Notes: generated by a model from the sequence alone, not told the origin. Numbered from the stretch's first letter, positions 25,500 through 38,593 are shown. The stretch is 64,000 nucleotides of DNA from Pristiophorus japonicus (GCF_044704955.1 NC_091979.1:244156001-244220000); one strand, 5' to 3'. A program made the numbers and translations.

Positions 25500-25870
25500 A
25501 ACACTCTTATGTTTTTTCTCTCCTTGTCTCTAATGGCAGCTGGTCATTACTCCATCACACCCTATCTGGATTAACCTTTTTCGAACTTTGGTCATTACCA
25601 TTTCAATTTGGCCCATCATCTCTTTAGTCCCTCTAATCTCTCCTGCATTCCACCTTATCACAGACCTTCCCTTTTGTTCTTTCTTCCCATCTCCCTTTCA
25701 GTGCTTAAGAATGTGCTCTTTTCGAACATTCGGCAGTTCTGACGAAGGGTCGTTGACCCTAAACGTTAACTCTGTTTTTCCCTCCACAGATGCTGCCTGG
25801 CCCGCTGCGATTTCCAACATTCTCTGTTTTTATTTCAGATTCCAGCATCTGCAGCATTTTGCTTTTGTTA
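25500..25870 (+). mobile_element. Penelope-like element 3' end/pLTR
   Basis: Homologous to 28200-28570. Contains ctgacgaagggtcgttgaccctaaacgttaactctg. Confidence 0.75.
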
Positions 25871-26230
25871 TATTAAATATAATGTGGTTTGTTTAGGAAA
25901 ATTAAAAATATTTTAATTTAAAGGCTACTGTAATAACATTCTTTAAGTTTGTGATTTTAAAAGTTATAATTGAAATGGAAGCTTATAATGTGTATCCTGT
26001 GATGCAATACTTCCCTATCTGGCTGGATCCTGTGAATATAGCATTCAAAAAAAATGTTTATGTATATTTAGGAACACTTGGGTGAAAAAAGGCTGGGAGA
26101 TTTGAGTTCCAGCAAGTTACCTGGGTAAGGAACTGTTATTGGCAAAATGAAACGTCGTAAATGTTGGCAATATATGTTGAAATATTGTGGTTTCAGAAAA
26201 TGTGTGTGTGAAAAACACCCACATATGTAA

Positions 26231-27035
26231 TAAGAACATAAGAAATAGGAGCAGGAGTAGGCCATACGGCCCCTCGAGCCTGTTCCGCCATTTAATACAA
26301 TCATGGCTGATCTGATCATGGACTCAAGTCCAGTTCCCTGCCCACTCTCCATAACCCCTTATTCCCTTATCGTTTAAGAAAATGTCTATTTCTGTCTTAA
26401 ATTTATTCAATGTCCCAGCTTCTACAGCTCTCTGAAGCAGTAAATTCCACAGATCCACAATCCTCTGAGAGAAGAAATTTCTCATCTCAGTTTTAAAGGG
26501 GCGGCCCGTTATTCTAAGATTATGTCTGCTAGTTCTAGTCTCCCCTGTCAGTGGAAACATCCACTCTGTAGTGACTTCATAAAATGAAATTGTACTTTCT
26601 TGAGAATCCATACTAAAAAAGGGGAAAATTGTGGAATAATTCTACTACCTGAATGCTAGTTATTGGGTTTCACAACGCTCCGTAACAGGCTTGACAGGGT
26701 AGATGCAGAGAGGATGTTTACCCTGCCTAGAACCAGGGGTCACAGTCTCAGAATAAGGGGTCAGCCATTTAGGACTGAGATGAGGAGAAACTTCTTTACT
26801 CAGAGGATGGTGAATCTTTGGAATTCTCTACCCCAGAGGGCTGTGGAGGCTCAGTCTTTAAGTATATTCAAGATAGAGATCAATAGATTTTTAGATATTA
26901 AAGGAATCGAGGGATATGGGGATAGTGCAGGAAAGTGGAGTTGAGGTAGAAGATCAGCCATGATCTCATTGAGTTGCGGAGCAAGCTCGAGGAACCAATT
27001 GGCCTACTCCTGCTCCTATGTCTTATGTTCTTATT
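26231..27035. mobile_element. Two CR1 3' fragments (26231-26570 minus, 26685-27035 plus)
   Basis: ORFs 26324-26611 and 26663-26944 (TRGHSLRIRG.PFRTEMRRNFF) with (ttcttatg)n tails. Confidence 0.85.
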
Positions 27036-27337
27036 ATAACCAGCAAGTGTGCAGATGACAGAGAGAAAATGAATTTATAATTGATGGGGACTTGAGGTCT
27101 TGGTCGCTGTAGGGTAACAGATATGGTTACAAAGTTTGTTTTTAAACGAATACACCAGGATAAAACTTTACAATATATTAATTTTGTAAAGGCAAGTTTT
27201 AAAAAAAACGTAATAACTGGTGGTGACGTTTTTGCACTCAGCCATCATTGTCGCTTTTTAGGTCAGGAGGGTTCCTGGAAGCCAAGTCTGAATGAATGAA
27301 GCAATATCATCAAGTGCATTAATCACCATCACTTTTT

Positions 27338-27781
27338 CAAAGACTTGCATTTATATAGCACCTCGTATGACCACCAGACGTCCCAAAGCACTTTACACAG
27401 CTGATGAACTACTTTTTGAAGTGCAGTCACTGTTGTAATGTAGGAAACGCACATAGCAAGCTCCCACTAACAGCAATGTGTTAATGACCAGATAATCTGT
27501 TTTTGTTATATTGATTGAGGGATAAATATTGAGCAGGACACTGGGGAGAACCCGTCTGCTCTTCTTCGAAATAGTGCCATAGGATCTTTTATGTCCACCT
27601 GAAAAAGCAGACAGGACCTTGGTTTAATGTCTCATCCAAAAAACAGCACCTCCAACAGTACAGCACTCCCTCAATACTGCACTGGAGTGTCAGGCTAGAT
27701 TTTTGTGCCTGGAGTGGGACTTGAACCCATGGCCTTCTGAATCAGAAGCATGGGTACTACCAACTGAGCCACAACTGACAT
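27338..27781 (-). mobile_element. DeuSINE (SacSINE1-like)
   Basis: Full-length reverse copy. Confidence 0.85.
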
Positions 27782-27934
27782 TCAATACCTACAATGTCAG
27801 GAGAGCAAGGTCAAGCTTGTCGGATGGCAGCATCTATTGATATCACTATTACATTGACCATTTATAACTAAATATAATAAATATTTATGCAAACTGAATA
27901 GAAAATTCAGATGTAAAACCATTTAATACCAATA

Positions 27935-28570
27935 CCTAGATTGGGTGACTGCTTTGTGGAACACCTCCGTTCAGTCCGTAAGCGTGACCCCGAGCTTCTG
28001 GTCGCCTGTCATTTTAATTCTCCGCTCCACTCCCACTCTGACCTCTCCGTCCTCGCTCTCCTACACTGTTCCAATAAAGCTCAAGGTAAGTTCGAGGAAC
28101 AGCACCTCATCTTTTGTTTCGGCACTGTACATCTTTCTGAACTCAACATCAAGTTCAACAATTTCAGATCGTAACCCCTGCCGCTATTTTTTTCTGTGTT
28201 TTTTCTCTCTTTCCCACGGCAGTTGTTGATGATTCTGCCATTTCCATTTACACCCTATCTAGACTTAACTTTCCCCATTACCATCTCCTTTTGCCTTGCA
28301 CCATCATTCCTTTTGACTCTTAATCTCTTCTGCCTTCCACCCAATCACAGACCTTCCCTTTTGTTCTTTCCTCCCCTCCCCCCTTTCCCTGCCTCAACAC
28401 TTGCTTAAAAACCTGTTACATCTCTAACTATTTCCAGTTCTGACGAAGGGTCTTCAACCCGAAACATTAACTCTGCTTCTCTCCCACAGATGCTGCCCGA
28501 CCCAGAGTGTTTCCAGCATTTTCTGTTTTTATTTCAGATTTCCAGCATCCTCAGCATTTTGCTTTTGTTA
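27935..28570 (+). mobile_element. Penelope-like element: GIY-YIG endonuclease C-terminus plus pLTR
   Basis: ORF LGDCFVEHLRSVRK...VACHFNS..HSHSDL...EEQHLIF.FGT...LNIKFNNF is the conserved Penelope endonuclease tail. Hammerhead-like core at 28435-28475. Confidence 0.85.
28435..28475 (+). ncRNA. Minimal hammerhead-ribozyme motif in the Penelope pLTR (one substitution next to the core)
   Basis: agtt-CTGACGA-a-gggt cttca accc-GAAAC-att-aact: both core boxes, helix II, and a short helix I (agtt/aact). Confidence 0.6.
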
Positions 28571-29639
28571 CATCTATAAGCCCATAATCAATCAGTAATA
28601 ATTAATATAAATTGCATACATGTTGTTTTCAGATGACTATTACAATTAGGCTTTCTCCCAACACTTTTAATGTACGTTCATGATAGAAAAGGATTTCCAT
28701 AAGCAGACTTAGTTAGCAGAACCGGCTCCCTTATTCATGGAATGAATGGGACAGCGTGACACAGTGACCCTTTAATTACCATAAATACACTGCAGACCAT
28801 GTGAGATAACTGCGATGCTGCTGTCTACTCTGAAAGGTAGGAGATACCACATTGCCAGACCATTATAGTCAGGCTAAAACTAATAATCTGATTTATTTAC
28901 AAATAAAATAATTACACAGAAGCAGAGCAACACCGTACATTACTAATGGCATAGGTACTTCAAAAAATAATTCTGTTTAAAATATTTTTTCAGAATGCAT
29001 TTCTTAAACAGTGATAATTTGGAAAACTTTCTGAGGAAGCAGTCTTATAGCGGCCTCTTAATGAGATGTTTGTACATGGACGATACAATTCCTAAGGCAG
29101 CCTATTGAGTTCAAATGTCAATTTTGGAAGCTCAGTCAAACTGAACAAAAGATGTTGATGCAAGTTGGCAGTGTATTTCAGATCGGAACGCTTCTGAACA
29201 ATGAGCTGCTATGTATTTTACTGTGTTCCAGATCAGAATTGCCTCTGGGAAATTCAGCAGACTTGGTGCTCATGCCCATCACAAGTCTTATCTTGAATTA
29301 CATTTGTTTTTTTTCACATTTGTGACAAATACAATACCTTATTATATTTTGAAATGGTTATGCACACACAAGGCCATGATTTATCTATCAAGGCACTTTC
29401 AATTATGTATAGGTCGCCAAAGATGGCTGTTCTGGGATTCCTAGTTGGCGAACTGTTCAGGTTTTGTGTGGGTATGATATTTTCATGTTGCCTCAAAATG
29501 TCCAGCAATACATCCAAGGTGCAATCAGTAAATGACCCAGCTTCCTCAGTTTTCTCATGTTAATTTACTATTTATGCCTCATGATCAAACAAAGGAACAT
29601 ACATCATTATGTGTACGGACAGCCCCTCACAATCCCGCA

Positions 29640-30655
29640 ACAAACCCCTCACAAACGAGCTACAGTATGCGGACAACGCCTGTATCTGCGCACATACAGA
29701 GGCTGAACTCCAGGACATAGTCAACGTATTTACTGAGGCGTACGAAAGCATGGGCCTTACGTTAAACATCCGTAAGACAAAAGTCCTCCACCAGCCTGTC
29801 CTCGCCGCACAGCACTGCCTCCCCAGTCATCAAGATCCATGGCATGGCCCTGGACAACGTGGACCATTTCCCATACCTCAGGAGCCCCTTATCAACAAGA
29901 GCAGGCATTGACGACAAGATTCAACACCGCCACTAGTGCGCCAGTGCAGCCTTCGGCTGCCTGAGGAAAAGAGTGTTGGAAGACCAGGCCCTCAAATCTG
30001 CCACCAAGCTCATGGTCTACAGGGCTGTAGTAATACCCGCCCTCCTGTATGGCTCAGAGACATGGACCATGTACAGTAGACACCTCAAGTCGCTGGAGAA
30101 ATACCACCAACGATGTCTCCCCAAGATCCTACAAATCCCCTGGGAGGTTAGACGCACCAACGTTAGCGTCCTCGACCAGGCCAATATCCCCAGCATTGAA
30201 GCACTGACCACACTTGATCAGCTCCACTGGGCAGGCCACATTGTTCGCATGCCAGACACGAGACTCCCAAAGCAAGCACTCTAATCTGAACTCCTTCACG
30301 GCAAATGAGCCAAAGGTGGCAGAGGCAACATTACAAGGACACCCTCAAAGCCTCCCTGATAAAGTGCAACATCCCCACTGACACCTGGGAGTCCTTGGCC
30401 AAAGATCGCCCTAAGTGGAGGAAGTGCATCCAGGAGGGCGCTGAGCACCTTGAGTCTCATCGCCGAGAGCAAGCAGAAATCAGGCGCAGGCAGCGGAAGG
30501 AGCGCGCAGCAAACCTGTCTCACCCACCCTTTCCCTCAACGACTATCTGTCCCACGTGTGACAGGGACTGTGGTTCTCGTATTGGACTTTTAGAGTGGAA
30601 GCAAGTCTTCCTCGATTCCGAGGAACTGCCTATGATGATGATGATGATGATGATG
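29640..30655 (+). mobile_element. RTE LINE 3' portion (RT to tail)
   Basis: ELQYADNACICAH (YADD-like), LMVYRAVVIPALLYGSETW, zinc-finger-like end and a long (tga)n tail. Confidence 0.9.
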
Positions 30656-30659
30656 ACAA

Positions 30660-30960
30660 ACCCGCAAGCTCTACCACCCAGAAGGACAAGGGCAGCAGGC
30701 GCATGGGAACACCATCACCTCCAATTTCCCCTCCCAGTCACACACCATCCTGACTTGGAAATATACTGCCATTCCTTCAGCGTCGTTGGGTCAAAATCCT
30801 GGAATTCCCTCCCTAACAGCCCCTGTGGGAGCACCTTCAGCGCACGGACTGCAGCGATTCAAGAAGGCGGCTCATCACCACCTTCTCAAGTGCTATTGGT
30901 GGTGGGCAATAAATGCTGGCCTTGCCAGCGGCATCCACAACCCATGAACTAATATATAAA
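30660..30960 (+). mobile_element. CR1-group LINE 3' end (same family as 6850-7985)
   Basis: gggtcaaaatcctggaattccctccctaacagc...gggcaataaatgctggccttgccagc. Confidence 0.75.
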
Positions 30961-32389
30961 AAATATGTGTATAAAATAAAACTTAAGGATGTCTATCAAA
31001 AGGATCTAACACGTCATAAAAACACAGCGAGAGGCTGAAATGCTAATTTGCTTGAAAGTATAACCAGAACTTTGAATTTATTACATTATTTTAAGGTGAA
31101 AAAATCTGATACACAAAACCTTAAATCAGGCCAGAAACATCAGCTGGCTACACATAGTATACAGCACAATTGCAAGAAGGTTTTGCAAACCTACTAGAAA
31201 TAAGTATTGGAGATTGCATATAACTATGTGGGTGTGAATGTCTACATGTTTGAACAGCTGTCTCCTGATTCCCCAGCTCATAATCTACTAAATTCCCTTC
31301 CATTTTAGAGCTGTTTACCTCAGCTTTTGTCTTTCTGATGGCCATTCTACATTATTCAACATGTTTCACCTTTTAGTACACCTTATAAAGGGCTGCCACC
31401 TTATTATAATTTTCTGATTTTAACTTAAAAATTATTCTATATATTATTTAATTTTGTTTAAATATTCTTGATTATACCGATTCTAATATTGTAGAATCCT
31501 TATTTTACTTTAGTATTTACCATGTAAATTGAATTAAATTTTTTTCAAGTTTTTCGCCTGTGTCTATTTGCGTACACATTTTGGCTGCCGCTTCAGACCC
31601 GAGCCTTTGACTTCTTTTTACATTTCCTTCTCCCGCTTTTTGTCTCTTTCCCTCATTGGTCAATCTCTACTTTTTTTGTTGTCGTGTAACACTGTTGTGA
31701 AGCACCTTGGGACATTTTATTACGTTAAAAGCGCTATATAAATAAAAGTTATTATCAATTCTGGCTAAAAAAGTTAGACCTTGCATTTTATAACGTCTTT
31801 TATGACCTCAGGGGTCAGAGCACTTTGCAGCCAATGAAGTACTTTTTCAAGTGTAGTCACGGTTGTAATCTGGGAAACACGGCAACCAATTTGCGCACAG
31901 CAAGCTCCCACAAACAGCTATGTGATAATGACCCGATAATCTGTTTTAGTGATGTTGAATGCGGGATAAATATAGGGCAGTACACTGGACATCACCTGAT
32001 ATGTTAACATATCTTTTATCTTTGAGATACTGTGTGTTTCCAGAATTTTCTATTGATTATATTAATGGAGACATTTCAATGTAGGCATTTTTATAGTAGT
32101 CAAACATCAATTACCATAATAATTGGGATTAGCCAAATTATTAACAGGAAGAGAATTATAAGCTTTAAAATGAATATACAGTAAACAAGAATTTGTTGCT
32201 GTTTTTTTCAACATATCTTCAGCTGCTAGTAGCATTGAATTAGCTAAAATTAATTACATATTTTGATTTATATGCAACTCACCCTTGGAATGTTTTCATT
32301 AGTAACTATAGTACGGAGCCTTGGAGTTTCATTGTTGCGCTCCAAACAGCATAATAAAGGAGTCAATTCCACTGCAGTCACCATGGAAT

Positions 32390-33345
32390 CATCATCTTCA
32401 TAGGCAGTCCCTCGGAATTGAGGAAGACTTGCTTCCACTCTAAAAGTGAGTTCTCAGGTGACTGTACAGTCCAATACGGGAATTACAGTCTCTGTCGCAG
32501 GTGGGACAGACAGTCATTGAAGGAACGGGTGGGTGGGGAGTCTGGTTTGCCGCATGCTCCTTCCGCTGTCTGCGCTTGGTTTCTGCGTGCTCTCGGCGAT
32601 GAGACTCGAGTTGCTCAGCGCCCTTCTGGATGCACTTCCTCCACTTAGGGCGGTCTTGGGCCAGAGACTCCCAGGTGTCGGTGGGAATGTTGCATTTTAT
32701 CAAGGAGGCTTTGAGGGTGTCCTTGAAACATTTCCCCTGCCCACCTTGGGCTCGCTTGCCTTGCAGGAGTTCCGAGTAAAGCACTTGCTTTGGGAGTCCT
32801 GTGTCAGGCATGCAAACAATGTGGTCTGCCCAGCAGAGCTGATCAAGAGTGGTCAGTGCTTCAATGCTGGGGATGTTGGCCTTGTTGAGGACGCTAATGT
32901 TGGTACATTTGTCCTCCCAGGAGATTTGTAGCATCTTGCGGAGACATTGTTGGTGATATTTCTCCAGCGCTTTGAGGTGTCTACTGTACATGGTCCATGT
33001 CTCTGAGCCATACAGGAGGGTGGGTATTACTACAGCCCTGTAGACCATGAGCTTGGTGGCAGATTTGAGGGCCTGGTCTTCGAACACTCTTTCCCTCAGG
33101 CGGCCGAAGGCTGCACTGGCGCACTAGAGGCGGTGTTGAATCTTGTCGTCAATGTCTGCTCTTGTTGATAAGAGGCTCCCGAGGTAGGGAAATGGTCCAC
33201 GTTGTCCAGGGCCGCGCCATGGATCTTGATGACTGGGGGGCAGTGCTGTGCGGCGAGGACAGGCTGGTGGAGGACCTTTGTCTTACGGATATTTAGCGTA
33301 AGGCCCATGCTTTCGTACGACTCAGTAAATACGTTGACTATGACT
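32390..33345 (-). mobile_element. RTE LINE 3' portion
   Basis: ORF 32440-33087 (215 aa) is the RTE ORF C-terminus ending CPTCDRDCNSRIGLYSHLRTH. Confidence 0.92.
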
Positions 33346-33399
33346 TCCACTGCACTCGCCATGGAATCAGAATGGAGGTGACAGCATATGTGTTCTGCA

Positions 33400-33820
33400 C
33401 TCAAGCGTTGAGAGGTCGTGGCGGAGGTGCGGTGAATGTTTGTGGCGGGGGAGCGGCGAGAGATGGTGGCGGAGGTGCGGCAAATGAGGATATAGGGCCC
33501 AGAAGAGCCGAGAGCCCAGGGGCAGCATGGGCCAGCCCACACTGCGATATGTGTCAGCACTAGGTCCATGCAGCAGAGCAGGTCTCCAGTTGTCCTGGTT
33601 AACCCTTGCCACTGGATAAAGGCCTAGCTCTGTCAAGCCTGTGTGGTGGCTGATGTGCATCAGATACTACATGTTAAAAAAAATCCACGCAAAAGCATCT
33701 TCCACCCCTGGAGTTCAGGACTGGAATATCGGGTCCTTCATTGAAACATCTGTGAACTCATTCCTTTTTTGGTGTGGAAGCAAGTCATCCTTGTTCGAGA
33801 GACCGCCTATGATGATGATG
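33400..33820 (+). mobile_element. Non-coding element ending in an RTE 3' tail (RTE-mobilised SINE-like)
   Basis: The tail gtggaagcaagtcatcc...cctatgatgatgatg is shared with the RTE copies, but the body has no RTE ORF. Confidence 0.6.
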
Positions 33821-34085
33821 GAGGAGTAGAGGAGAAGCATCTGGGAAGGCACCGAACACCTCAAGTGTCTTTGTCGGGAGCACGCGGAAGCCAAGTACAA
33901 ACAGCGGAAGAAGCGTACGACAAATCAAGCACCTCACCCACCTGTCCCTCCAACCACCGTCTGCCCCACCTGTGACGGAGACTGTAGATCCCGCATTGGT
34001 CTCATCAGTCACCTTTGAACTCATTAATTAGTGTGGAAGCAAGTCATCCTCGACTCCGGGGGACATCCTAATGAGAAGAAGATGA
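33820..34085 (+). mobile_element. Older RTE 3' fragment
   Basis: gtctgccccacctgtgacggagactgtagatcccgcattgg...gtggaagcaagtcatcc. Confidence 0.75.
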
Positions 34086-34331
34086 TTGATCCAGTAGTTC
34101 ACACCATTTGTGTATCTGCTGATCTAAGTCTAGATAGCACATGGTCATCCTTGGAGACAGTTTCCATTCAGGTGGTGGTAGGTTGTCAAAAAAAAGGTGT
34201 AGCTAACCAATATCTTCCAAGTGACATGAGCAAAGTAGAATAATGATCGTTCGTCCAATGTTGCAGGTAATAAATCGATATAAGTCTGGTAATCAATGGT
34301 GATATTTGTGATGCTTTGTTAGTGAAAAGAA

Positions 34332-34787
34332 CAAAGACGTGCATTTATATAGCGCCTTTCATGACCACCGGACATCTCAAACGCTTTACAACCAATGAAG
34401 TACTTTTTGAAGTGTAGTTACTGTTGTAATGTTAGTAAACGCGGCAGCCAATTTGCACACAGCAAGCTCCCACAAACAGCAATGTGATAATGACCAGATA
34501 AATCTGTTTTCTGTAGTGATGTTGATTGAGGGATAAATATTGTCCAGGACACCGGGGATAACTCTCCTGCTCTTCTATGAAATAGTGCCATAGGATCTTT
34601 TACGTTCACCTGATAGAGCAGACGAGACCTCAGTTTAATGTCTCATCCGAAAGACAGTGCAGCACTCGCTCTGTATTGCACTGCAGTGTCAGCCTAGATT
34701 TATGTGCTCAAGTCCCTGGAGTGGGACGTGAATCCACAACCTGCTGACTCAGAAGGTGAGAGTGCTACCCACTGAGCCACTGCTGAC
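34332..34787 (-). mobile_element. DeuSINE (SacSINE1-like)
   Basis: Reverse copy with head, core and tail. Confidence 0.85.
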
Positions 34788-35435
34788 TACTAATACCTTG
34801 AGTTTATTTTAAAGAAATAATCATTGGAAATTAAATTCACGGGAAAGACTTCTTACTTGATTAGATGTTTTCCTTGGCAAGGAATCGACAAGGTCCCAGC
34901 AACTCAGATATGTCTCGTTCCACATAGCATTTAATCATCTTTATTTCGACAATCATCTTACAAACAGAACTCCAAATATTCATCAAACACTTTTAAAGGT
35001 GTCAATTTAGGCAGCATTATACGCTTTAGTTGGGACTCGAGTCCACCTATCCACCACTTCACACAATTATTCCCTCTAAACTTCCTCAAAATGGTTTTAA
35101 CAGGATAACACAAAGGCTGAATGATAATTATAAGACCCTTATATTAAATGCATCTGTGGCTGTTTTTCTAAGAACATGGAGTAGTAGGTTATGCTGTTGG
35201 CAAAAATCCTCCAGCTAATGTCGTGATTGTTGTGCATTTGTCCTTAGCCTCGAAAATGACATAATAGATTTTAATTTTAGTTCTCCACTTCCTTAATATT
35301 TGGGTAAATGAAATACCTGGGCGGGAGCTGATCTTTCTCCAGAGCGTCGTATTTCTATTTCGAGAAACCTTTCATGGTGTCTGGATAAAATCATCAAGCA
35401 ACGATAGCAACGCAGCATTCAGTTTGCAAATTTGC

Positions 35436-35975
35436 TCTGTTGGTGGTGCTCTCACCTCTGAGAAGGCAGTGGGTTCACTCTCTCCACTCCAGGCCTTGAG
35501 CATTCAATCTAAGTTCATAAACCAGTGCAGTATTAAGGGACTGATGCCAGATATGCCGTCCTTTGAATGAGACTTCTGCCTATTCGGTGGATGTTAAAGA
35601 TCCCATAAAGGTAGAAATAACTTGCATTTATATAGCGCCTTTCACAACCTCAGGACATCCCAGAGTGCTATACAAACAATCAAGTATCTTTGAAGTATGA
35701 TCACTGTTGTAATGTAGGAAATGTGGCAGCCACAACCTTCTGACCCACGGCACCGCTCAACATGACCAACAATCCTCCCTCAGTCAAAGCACCAAAAAAA
35801 GATAAAGATTAGCTGGCCATTCATCTCATCATTGTATGTCGGATCTTGTTGCATGAAATATGACTGCTGTGTTTAGCCATATAGAAACAGTCAATGCAGT
35901 TCAAGGTAATTCATTGTACATGAATACGTTGAGCTGTTGGGAGACATGACAAGGCATTTGATAAACGCAATCATT
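35436..35975. mobile_element. Old DeuSINE (+) interrupted by a partial reverse DeuSINE
   Basis: Degenerate head and core at 35436-35610, reverse tail piece at 35620-35740, degenerate tail to 35975. Confidence 0.55.
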
Positions 35976-36534
35976 TTTTTGTGATAAAAGGTTAAGAACA
36001 AGTGCTTAATATTTGGAAAAACCTGAATAATGAATTCAGGACACCTTAATCACGTTCAGTTACTTTAACACGTGCAGTTGCAATTTCTTACGCAAAAGGG
36101 ACGGCAATGTATTGTGGTGAATAGTAACGGTGAGGTATATTTTAAATCATGAGATGTCATTGGTGCCATGTGTTTGGCAACATTTCCCTACTAAAATAGC
36201 AGATGTGTTTTTTCACCAATTATCATCCCTCATCTGTCATCCTGCAGGTGTTGACTACTGAGGTACGGTTACACAGTACCAATCACACTCTGGTACTCTG
36301 CCCAAGTGCTCATTGTTTTGGGTGGACGTGTTATGGGTCTTAAACTATTTGACCACAGGGGACGTCTCAGCCCGATCCTACCCTCACCTGATGTACACAC
36401 ACGCCAGCAGAGTTTGCTGAATACTAACCAGGAGGTGGAACGTTGATTATTTTTTCATCTCCCTAACCTAGGGAGATCATAACCAAGTTTAGGCTAATTG
36501 TACTCTCACCTGTTGCTATCCCATCTGAGCTTGT

Positions 36535-37030
36535 ACTAATATACGGACAATGACAGACAGGTAAAGACCATTTGGTCCATCGAGCGTGTACCACACAATT
36601 ACCATACCTTGTGTATCACAACATTTACACTCCACCCCACCCGAAACCGTGATCTCCCGGGAGAGGCAAAAAAGATTTAAAAACCCAGGCCGATTTGGGG
36701 GAAAAAAATCTGGGAAATTCCTCTCCAACCCATCTCGGCGATCGAAACTAGTCCAGGAGATCACTCTGGCCTTTAAATTCCCTGCAGTGCCTACCTTCTG
36801 TAAGAGGCGATCTCCGCCTCAGCCACAAACAAATCCAGCTTTTGCTTGAAGGAACTCAGTGAGTCTATATCCACCACATGAAACGGCAGCTTGTTCCAGA
36901 GGTCTACTATTCTCTGGGGAAAGAACCACCTCCTGACGTCTAATCTAGATCTACCCCTATACAACTTAAATTTGTGCCCCCGGGTCCTGCCTAACCTATT
37001 TAATTGAAATAAACTGTCAGCATATGCATG
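36535..37030 (-). mobile_element. CR1 LINE 3' fragment (different 3' UTR family)
   Basis: ORF 36791-37036 RTRGHKFKL...FFPQRIVDLWNKLP..VV. Confidence 0.8.
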
Positions 37031-37218
37031 ACTCATCTACTCACTCGATAAACATATCGGCCCATCAGAAGATTTAAAGCTGAAAGCAAATGCAACCAGT
37101 CTTGTTTCAGAAAAACGGGCACAGAACAAAAAAGACATGGAAGTGAAAAACAATCCACATTTTCATTTAACATGTAAAAGTATCAACAGACTACAACTGA
37201 AGGTTTAAAAGCAAAGTA

Positions 37219-37562
37219 CAGGTTGAACCTCCCTTATCCAGAACTCCCTAATCCGGAACCACCCCTCGTCCAGAACCATTTCCGGCCACTAGGTGGCACA
37301 TGCGCAGGACTCCGACATGAACAAATTGAAGTCCTTCCTCGCTGCCGACTCCCGCCATCACTAGTCTGATACCGCGATCCACTCTCCCACCCCCCACCAT
37401 GATCTCTCTGCCCACTCCCAGCCCCCAAGCCAGCCAGCCCCGAAATCCCCTTTCTCAGTGCCTGTACCATCCAATTTTACATGACCACCCCTTGTGCAGA
37501 AAAAATCCCTTATCCAGATCAGGCCAGGTCCTGAGTGTTCCGGATAATGGAGGTTCAACCTG
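37219..37562. mobile_element. pogo/Tigger-like (Tc1/mariner) MITE, 344 bp
   Basis: TA|caggttgaacctcccttatcc ... ggataatggaggttcaacctg|TA: 21-bp TIR with 1 mismatch and a TA target duplication. Confidence 0.9.
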
Positions 37563-38043
37563 TACCTAGACTACGCAAAGGGAGGTTGGAAAGCCGCACA
37601 GCTTATTTGTGTCTTATGAAGCTTTGCTATTCTCTTTTTGATCCTGATTTTCTCATCTCCAACTTCCGCTCACCTTCTACATCTGAGAGGACAGGACAAG
37701 CAACATGTTCCCAGGTGCCACCAGTGTTGCTCCTGGCCGGTTGCCCAGAAGGTGTGTGAAAGCTGTTCAGTGGGGACTTGCCAACTGCTGCAACATAGCT
37801 CAATTTAGGAACTCAGTGAGTAATGATATCTAAACTGCAGTCCACCATTCTACAGTGCTGTCCCAATGTACGGTACCACTGCAAAGAGACATGGCTGAGC
37901 ATGCACTCAAACAGACAAGTCCTAACTCAGAATCAGAGTTTCATTATTAGCTAGTTGGAGATCTGCTTGTAGTGTTGCTCACATGTACCCCGGGGCCTAT
38001 GTCTAAAGGGTAGAGGAGTTGCACAAGAAATAGAGCAGCAACA

Positions 38044-38489
38044 GAAAGACTTGCATTTCGATAGCGCCTTTTAGGATCTCAGGACGTCCCAAAGCGCTTT
38101 ACAGCCAATGAAGTACTTTTTTGGAGTGTAGTCACTGTTGTAATGTAGGAAGCATAGCAACCAATTCACATACAGCAAGCTCCCACAAACAGCAATGTGA
38201 TAATGACCAGATAATCTGTTTTTGTTATGTTGAGAGATAAATATTAGCCAGGACAGCGGGGATAACTCCCCTGCTCTTCTCTCAAAATAATGCCATGGGA
38301 TCTTTTACGTCCACCTGAGAGAGCAGATAGGGCCTCAGCTTAGCGTCTCATCCGAAAGATGGCACTTCTGACAGCATTGCAATGGGAGCGTCAGCCTAGC
38401 TTTTTGTGCTCAAGTCTCTGGAGTGAGACTTAAACCCACAACCTGCTGGCTCAGAGGCACGAGTGCTACTCACTGTGCCATGGCTGACA
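38044..38489 (-). mobile_element. DeuSINE (SacSINE1-like)
   Basis: Reverse copy. Confidence 0.85.
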
Positions 38490-38593
38490 ATCAGGAATGC
38501 ACCATGGAATATAGCAAGATGGAAAACCGGGAGCCGGAGTGGAACACAAGGTGCACATTGAATCATGAGTGGAGCGGGGTAAGTTTCCTATTA

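Noticed and set aside
29314-29560. Minus-strand frame ending at an AAG|GTATTG donor
   Set aside because: No convincing acceptor, an in-frame stop lies just upstream, and the peptide is unrecognised.
34850-35390. Possible small minus-strand exons
   Set aside because: The frames contain stops or give unrecognisable peptides, and no consistent gene model emerges.
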